The notes under the pieces were generated by a model. It did not search any database. It worked only from the letters and a program-made list of their open reading frames with translations, and was not told where the DNA came from. Of a DNA stretch of 64,000 nucleotides, positions 58,136 to 64,000 are shown in pieces. The position numbers and the translations under genes were made by a program. The stretch is from Candidatus Hodarchaeota archaeon (GTDB lineage Archaea > Asgardarchaeota > Lokiarchaeia > Sigyniarchaeales > SOKP01). The DNA lies in assembly GCA_048887225.1 (NCBI GenBank), contig JBHLJY010000004.1:160001-224000 (forward strand). Reading direction: 5' to 3'. Each line of letters opens with the position of its first letter. Position 1 is the stretch's first letter.

Positions 58136-59236
58136 TTAACAATAATGTCGTTGTAGATGATACATCGTTTTACAACCACATTCTTCGTATGGTTTTTCTA
58201 AGAAATTTATATTTTGATTTAATACAAAATTTTTAAGAAGCTTAATCATATTTTCATTGCAGTTTCTTTTTAAACAATTATGAATCCCTCGTTTGGTTCC
58301 TGCTCCTGAAGGATCAGAAATAATTCTCACGCTTTTAAGGTTATCTTGAGTTATCGATTTTTTTAGACATTTTATGAGGGAATAGAACCAAGGAGGTCTA
58401 TACCTATTTTGAAACCACAGATATTCTGTAAAGCTTCCTTTTTGAATATTTAAGGGATTAATAGATATTGTATTTAATTTTAAATTAACTAAAGTCTTTA
58501 TTGATTCTACGCAATCATCTATTGCACTTATTTCATTAAAAAAAGGTGGTTTAAATAATAAGTAAGTTTTGACTCCTATGCTATGTTCTTTACAAAGTTG
58601 GAGAGTATTTTTAAATTCGTCATATAAAAGTCCTTTATTAATATAGTTATTTCTGATATAATCATTAACAGTTTCAAGACCAATTCCAACTTCAATATAT
58701 TTATTTTTTAAAGAATCACACAATTCTTCAAGTTTCTCAGACGAGACATATTCAATCCGAGATTCAATTACAACCTCTTTTATTTTTGTAATTTTTGCTA
58801 TTTTGTTGTATATATAAGAGCGAACATTTTTGGCAACTTCATTCTCGTCAAGAAAACTTCCTGAATTAAATAATTTTAACACATAATTATACTTATCATT
58901 TTCAATCTCATCTAATTTGTTTTGGAGTGCATAATTAAATTGACTTATAATTTGATTAGGTTTGACTTCGTTAATATTAGCGTCTTGTACGTATCCGCAC
59001 ATGGAACACCCTCCTGTTCCACCTAAAGCCCAATTGCAACCACGAGTTCTTAAAATAATTGTGAACTCTTTTCCAATCTCGTTTAGAAGTCTATCTTTTT
59101 TTATCCAAAAACTTATTGGTTTTTCTAACTGTTCTTTTGTAAATTCTAGTTTCTTTTTAAGTTTTTCCCTCCTAATACTTTTTATTCTATCAACTAACGA
59201 TTCATTATATTTAATGTTTCTATTACCTGCTCTCAT
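58136..59236 (-). CDS. Archaeosine biosynthesis radical SAM protein RaSEA
   Basis: LRTRGCNW...GGCSMC, FNSGSFLD, YLLFKPPF, YRPPWF and GTKRGIHNC motifs; adjacent to arcS. Confidence 0.9.
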   Translation of the reverse strand: MRAGNRNIKYNESLVDRIKSIRREKLKKKLEFTKEQLEKPISFWIKKDRLLNEIGKEFTIILRTRGCNWALGGTGGCSMCGYVQDANINEVKPNQIISQFNYALQNKLDEIENDKYNYVLKLFNSGSFLDENEVAKNVRSYIYNKIAKITKIKEVVIESRIEYVSSEKLEELCDSLKNKYIEVGIGLETVNDYIRNNYINKGLLYDEFKNTLQLCKEHSIGVKTYLLFKPPFFNEISAIDDCVESIKTLVNLKLNTISINPLNIQKGSFTEYLWFQNRYRPPWFYSLIKCLKKSITQDNLKSVRIISDPSGAGTKRGIHNCLKRNCNENMIKLLKNFVLNQNINFLEKPYEECGCKTMYHLQRHYC

Positions 59237-61295
59237 AAATTCTTGCTATCCTTCCATTTTTTGAATTTTTCAAATAATTGGAGCCAATTATTAATTGACC
59301 AAGCCCTATAATATTCTTTTTCTTATTATCTAAAATAATTGTAAAATTAGAGGGCAATAAATCATTACTGTATTCAATTACGCCTGGACGAAACAAAGTA
59401 TTTCCAATAATCTTATTTTCATTGAAAACAATAACATTTGAATAAGAAAATGGTGCCAATCTCTTAGCTCCTTCTATTGTTAGAAATATTTGTCCTAAAG
59501 TACGTTTAAAAACACCTAGCAGCACATCAGTTTTAGAATCTATGAGATTAGTCATATTATTATATTTATTTCTTCTTGTAAATAGTCCGTTTGAAAGTAT
59601 TTTCATTCCTGATCCTACACCGAATTGGTAATCTAATATTTTAACAAACTTTCTAGTCCATGTTTTTGATAAGTAAGTTCTATTTTGATTCTTATTTTTA
59701 GGTGAAAATTTATCTTTATAATTTCTTATTAAATTTTCCAGGGAATTTAGTGAATCAACGGAAGTAATTCGATCGTGAATTTCAGAAAAATAAAAATTCC
59801 GATGGAGTTTTTTTTGTGCCGTTTTAGCAATTTCAAGATATCCTCCTTCAAGATGGCAGATAATTGGAATAATACTATCGTATTTTTCTAATATCTTAAC
59901 AAGCATATCCGCAGCAATGATTACCTCTTCGTTATCCCAATCGCCAGTCACTGAGATATCGTAAGAATTAACAGGATAGATATTTTCTAATTGTCTTGGA
60001 ATTGCTCCTAGCGGAGAAGTTAAAATAATCTCTTGAAAATTAGGGAAATCAGGAAACTTTCTTATAACCTTATAGAACTGTTGATGAGACTTAGATTCTG
60101 AATATGGTTTTTTTGAGGAACAAGGGAGTATTATAATTAATGTAGTTGATGGCTCTGGAATAAAACTTTTAATTGTTCTATCTCTAAATATCTGAAAATC
60201 AGGACGATAATAAGAAGAAGGTCCAAGGCAATTTATAATTATATTTTTTTGATTAATTGGGGTCTCGTATTTAATTATCTCAAAATATTCCTTATCTAAT
60301 ATTTTTAACATTGAAATAAGGTTAGTATCATCTAATGTAGATTTCTCGACAAAGGCACGAAAATCCTCGTAATCTAAATATTGCTTTATTTTATTTAAAT
60401 AATTTCTTGCTGTAATTAAGTTATGTAAGCAAAGAAAGATTTTTTTTTCTGAGGAGTATTTATCTTCTGAGATTTCTTTAAGTCTTCCTCTACATACTCT
60501 GCAAGAACATGGTAAATATTTAATTTTATATATAGGAAGTAAAAATTCTATTGAATCATAAAAGTTTTCTGAAGATAAATATAATAAATAAGAACAATCA
60601 ATTAAATCTATTCCTAAATATATAAGCATAGGATACATTTTAGGTATAATTCTTCCCGATGCAATTAAAACTAGGTTATTGTCAAGCTCTTGTTTAAGTT
60701 GAACAATACTCTTGATTGTATTTCGATAATTATGTAATTTATCAAAAATATCAGCTAAATTTAGAACTTTGATGTTTTCATTATTTTTAATTATTGGAAA
60801 ATATAAATTAATCAAATCAATATAATCGAAGATTTTTATAGTTAAACCGAAACTAAGATCTGGATTATTTTTCAGTAGTTTTTCAGCAATTTTGAGATAA
60901 GATTCAATTTCTTTTATGGCAAAATTCCTATTAATAGTTGTAGTCGGAATATTAAACGGAATTATAGATATGATATTATTTTCGATGAGTATTTTCTTTT
61001 TTTCTATCAATACTTCTTGAAATTTTTCTATCATTCCCATATGAGTGTAAAAAAACCATGAATTTCGAAAGTTTTCATGAAAAAAGTCTTTTTTTAGAAA
61101 ATGATCTTTAAAAATCATAAATAAAAGATTTTCCTCAAATTCCTCAATAAAATTTTTCTGGTTCATTAAGATTTTATTTATTGGAATAATAATATTCGGA
61201 GTTGAGATGTATTTTGTAGAATCTGTTGATAGACAAATCCTACCTATTCTTGAAAATCCTATTCTCTTTTTTAAGAGCTCAAATAAACTTTTCAT
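59223..61295 (-). CDS. arcS: Archaeosine synthase subunit alpha (TGT-like, DUF5591 and PUA domains)
   Basis: CSCRVC...HNL, LPCSSKKPYSESKSH, TSPLGAIPRQLE, YDISVTGDW and DYQFG motifs. Confidence 0.88.
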   Translation of the reverse strand: MKSLFELLKKRIGFSRIGRICLSTDSTKYISTPNIIIPINKILMNQKNFIEEFEENLLFMIFKDHFLKKDFFHENFRNSWFFYTHMGMIEKFQEVLIEKKKILIENNIISIIPFNIPTTTINRNFAIKEIESYLKIAEKLLKNNPDLSFGLTIKIFDYIDLINLYFPIIKNNENIKVLNLADIFDKLHNYRNTIKSIVQLKQELDNNLVLIASGRIIPKMYPMLIYLGIDLIDCSYLLYLSSENFYDSIEFLLPIYKIKYLPCSCRVCRGRLKEISEDKYSSEKKIFLCLHNLITARNYLNKIKQYLDYEDFRAFVEKSTLDDTNLISMLKILDKEYFEIIKYETPINQKNIIINCLGPSSYYRPDFQIFRDRTIKSFIPEPSTTLIIILPCSSKKPYSESKSHQQFYKVIRKFPDFPNFQEIILTSPLGAIPRQLENIYPVNSYDISVTGDWDNEEVIIAADMLVKILEKYDSIIPIICHLEGGYLEIAKTAQKKLHRNFYFSEIHDRITSVDSLNSLENLIRNYKDKFSPKNKNQNRTYLSKTWTRKFVKILDYQFGVGSGMKILSNGLFTRRNKYNNMTNLIDSKTDVLLGVFKRTLGQIFLTIEGAKRLAPFSYSNVIVFNENKIIGNTLFRPGVIEYSNDLLPSNFTIILDNKKKNIIGLGQLIIGSNYLKNSKNGRIARIYESR

Positions 61296-61330
61296 TTGTC
61301 AATTTCTTTAATTAGAAATTAGTATTTAAA

Positions 61331-61618
61331 TCAATAAGCAGGGAACATTGGTGGTAAATCTTCTTCAAAAATTTTATTTCCAATCCTAATGTCAAGCTCT
61401 GCGATTAACCAGCATAAAACATCATAATTTGGTTCTGGCTCAGAACAAAATATCTCAGCTGTTCTTTTAGTTACTAAAATTTCTGGGGCATTTCTATAAT
61501 TATTTTCAATATATAACTGTCTTCTAGCGAGCATATTACATAGAGTGTCAATTGGAAGATATTTTTGCGAAAGATAATACGCCGCTACATTTATTTGTTC
61601 CCTTAAATCATCATCCAT
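61331..61618 (-). CDS. Hypothetical small helical protein with internal duplication
   Basis: QINVAAYYLS...DTLC and KRTAEIF...DVLCWLIAE. Confidence 0.55.
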   Translation of the reverse strand: MDDDLREQINVAAYYLSQKYLPIDTLCNMLARRQLYIENNYRNAPEILVTKRTAEIFCSEPEPNYDVLCWLIAELDIRIGNKIFEEDLPPMFPAY

Positions 61619-61642
61619 TTTACTTCTATTATATCATAAGAT

Positions 61643-62602
61643 TTAAAAGATTATAAAATTTGTATAAGGTTTTAATTCATCAAGTACAAAATTAGTAGAT
61701 GTATCTTCAATTTCACCTGTATCATAAAGATTTCTTATGAAAAAGGCATAATTCTGAATTTCCTTAACTCTTATTATAGCAAATAAACCGAATTGTTCTC
61801 CAATTCTAAATAAATCTGTGATATTATGATTTTTTTCTAGTTTTAATGCAATTTCATCATATTTTGAAGGATCCTTAGGTTTAATCCTAACTAAAAATTT
61901 TCCTTTATATCCAATTCCTACGGGACAGAAATTAATTGAATAATTTAATATCACATCTGATTCTTCTAGCTTTTTGATTCTATTATAAATTGTAGCTTGA
62001 GACATTTCCAAATTATATTCTGCTTTAAGCAATTTGGACATATTATACGTGGATATTAATTTTGAGGTTTGCCTTTCTTGAAGAATTTCAAGGATTAAAT
62101 AGTCTTTATCATCAAACTTCAATCTTGGACTAATTTTTTTATCTGACAATTTAATGCCATTGGTTTTAAATACTTTTATAGTCTCAGAGAGTTGATATTT
62201 TTTGAAATAAGATTTTGCCATGATATAATCTATTTGAGTCAAAATATGGTTGAATTCTTCTGTGGATTTAAAGATAAATAAAGCTATGAGAGAAAATTCT
62301 CCAAATATTCCATCAAGCATCTTTAATTGGCTTATTTTTAATAATTCCTCAACTAAATATGGTTCTTTTGGGTTTGTTTTTATTTCTAAAATAACATAAT
62401 TTAGCTTAGGGAAAATATTTGGATTTATATTTATTGTGAAATTATTAATTAACTCCTTCTGCTTTAATTTATCAAATTTATTTTGAAATGTTTGCCTAGT
62501 TATTCTTAATTTCTTGGAAATTCTTTTAAAATTAGGTTTTGATTTAGAATTTAAGAACTTTATTAAATTATGGATACTTTCCGATTGCCTAATACTTTTC
62601 AT
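61643..62602 (-). CDS. Tandem (double) Lrp/AsnC family transcriptional regulator
   Basis: Two HTH plus effector-domain units (ITRQTFQNKFDKL...GIFGEFSL and MSQATIYNRIKKL...RIGEQFGL). Confidence 0.85.
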   Translation of the reverse strand: MKSIRQSESIHNLIKFLNSKSKPNFKRISKKLRITRQTFQNKFDKLKQKELINNFTININPNIFPKLNYVILEIKTNPKEPYLVEELLKISQLKMLDGIFGEFSLIALFIFKSTEEFNHILTQIDYIMAKSYFKKYQLSETIKVFKTNGIKLSDKKISPRLKFDDKDYLILEILQERQTSKLISTYNMSKLLKAEYNLEMSQATIYNRIKKLEESDVILNYSINFCPVGIGYKGKFLVRIKPKDPSKYDEIALKLEKNHNITDLFRIGEQFGLFAIIRVKEIQNYAFFIRNLYDTGEIEDTSTNFVLDELKPYTNFIIF

Positions 62603-62740
62603 ATTATCAACTAATTAATTAAATGCCTATTTCTAAATAATATTATTTTACTATTTCTTAAAAATATATTTAAATTTTAATTAAAATTACAAATTATAAA
62701 CTTATAAATTCTAATTATAAGAAAAAGTGAATTATAAAAA

Positions 62741-64000
62741 ATGGTAAATTATAAAATCGCTGACGAAAGTTTAGTTGATAAAGGAGTAGAAGCGATATAT
62801 GTTGCTGAAAATAAAATGCCTGTAGTTTCAAAAATTCTTCGTGAAAGATTTATAAAACAAAAGCCACTTGAAGGGATAACTTTTGCGGGGTGTTTACATA
62901 TTACAAAAGAGACCGCAAATTTAGCAAGGACATTAAAGGCAGGTGGTGCTGAAGTATATTTATGTGGAAGTAACCCTCTCTCTACCCAAGATGATGTTGC
63001 TGCAGCTTTAGTAAAGGAAGGTATAAATGTTTTTGCTTGGCATGGAAATACTGATGAAGAATTCTATTGGTGTATTCGTGAGTGTTTGAAGGCTAAACCA
63101 AATATTCTAATTGATGATGGCGCCGATATGATTGTGACTGCTCATAAAGAATTCCCCGAATTAATTACTGAGGGAGTTATTATTGGTTGCCAGGAAGAAA
63201 CGACGACTGGCGTTAAGAGATTTAAAGCGATGGAAAAAAAAGGTGCATTAAAGGTACCATTATTCCCTGTGAATGACGCACGATGTAAGAATCAATTTGA
63301 CAACGAATTAGGCACTGGGCAAGGCATTGTTTCTGCAATTTATGGTATGCATGTTCTTTTTGCTGGCAAGACAGTTATCGTGGCAGGGTACGGTCATTGC
63401 AGTAGTGGCATGGCACTCAGAGCAAGAGGATTGGGAGCTAATGTCATTGTTACGGAAGTAGATCCAATAAAAGCTCTCCAAGCAAGATTTGCTGGATATC
63501 AGGTGATGCCAATCGCAAAAGCGTTGCCAGAAGCGGACATCATTCTCACTTCTACTGGTTGTAAGCATGTCATTGCACCCACTAAAGAGATGTTCGATAA
63601 GTTCAAGGATGGTGTAATTCTAGGCAATTTAGGACATTTCGATATAGAGTTTCCGACCAAACAGCTTTATCAATATGCAAAAGAGATAAAACCTATCCGT
63701 AATCATGTTGAGGAATTAATCTTTCCTAATGGTAAAAAGGTTTATCTTTTAGCAAAAGGGCGCTTAGCCAATTTAGTGCTTTCAGAGGGACATCCAAGTG
63801 AAGTTATGGATATGTCGTTTGCCCTCCAATCATTAATGTCCGAATATATAGTAAAAAATAAGGATTCGCTCAATCCTGGCATTCTTGAAATTCCTGTTGA
63901 TATTGACAATAAAGTTGGTTTTCTGAAACTCCAATCGATGGGAATTGAAATTGACACTTTAACGGAAGAACAATATAATTATATCCATGGTTATGAAGAA
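62741..64000 (+). CDS. ahcY: Adenosylhomocysteinase (runs off the right edge; absent from the ORF track)
   Basis: Manual translation: CLHITKET, GSNPLSTQDDVAAAL, DDGAD, EETTTG, GHFDIE, GRLANL and GHPSEVMDMSF motifs. Confidence 0.95.
   Translation, partial: MVNYKIADESLVDKGVEAIYVAENKMPVVSKILRERFIKQKPLEGITFAGCLHITKETANLARTLKAGGAEVYLCGSNPLSTQDDVAAALVKEGINVFAWHGNTDEEFYWCIRECLKAKPNILIDDGADMIVTAHKEFPELITEGVIIGCQEETTTGVKRFKAMEKKGALKVPLFPVNDARCKNQFDNELGTGQGIVSAIYGMHVLFAGKTVIVAGYGHCSSGMALRARGLGANVIVTEVDPIKALQARFAGYQVMPIAKALPEADIILTSTGCKHVIAPTKEMFDKFKDGVILGNLGHFDIEFPTKQLYQYAKEIKPIRNHVEELIFPNGKKVYLLAKGRLANLVLSEGHPSEVMDMSFALQSLMSEYIVKNKDSLNPGILEIPVDIDNKVGFLKLQSMGIEIDTLTEEQYNYIHGYEE

Noticed and set aside
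58060-58179. N-terminal 40 codons of the track's 57811-58179 ORF
   Set aside because: They overlap the RaSEA 3' end and intergenic sequence. The Gar1-sized protein fits the TTG at 58059.
2170-63957. Many short ORFs antisense to, or overlapping, real genes (e.g. 2170-2409, 9750-10097, 23730-24062, 47292-47672, 58962-59264, 63308-63568)
   Set aside because: Shadow ORFs of well-supported genes, with no motifs of their own.
1-64000. CRISPR arrays, tRNA/rRNA genes, transposases or integrases
   Set aside because: None seen by eye: no regularly spaced repeats, cloverleafs or recombinase motifs.

Overview
AT-rich chromosomal window, most likely from an Asgard archaeon of the Lokiarchaeia. This assignment rests on the archaeal information genes (TFB, Gar1, S26e, TrmY, ArcS/RaSEA, DtdA, RNase Z), several eukaryotic-signature proteins (three small GTPases, longin, roadblock and uDENN-like proteins, an alpha-SNAP-like solenoid) and a Loki-type C-terminal sorting tail. 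Metabolic content: lipid/acyl-CoA catabolism, a sulfur-relay/Fe-S operon, a Co/Ni ECF transporter, CdhE/AcsC and two QueG/RdhA-like enzymes. I saw no tRNA, rRNA, CRISPR array or transposase. Main findings: (1) an acyl-CoA dehydrogenase gene interrupted by a 36-nt stop-containing insert that folds into a bulge-helix-bulge motif, whose predicted splicing-endonuclease cuts restore the reading frame exactly, i.e. a candidate mRNA intron; (2) an unannotated 39-aa peptide with three CKCGxxC repeats upstream of an RRE-radical SAM-SPASM enzyme, a candidate RiPP system; (3) repeated apparent ATT/ATA translation initiation, including in S26e and TFB; (4) two candidate structured ncRNAs; (5) a sulfur-relay operon with a Lys-to-Asp IscS and unusual domain fusions. 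All assignments come from motif recognition by eye; no database searches were run.
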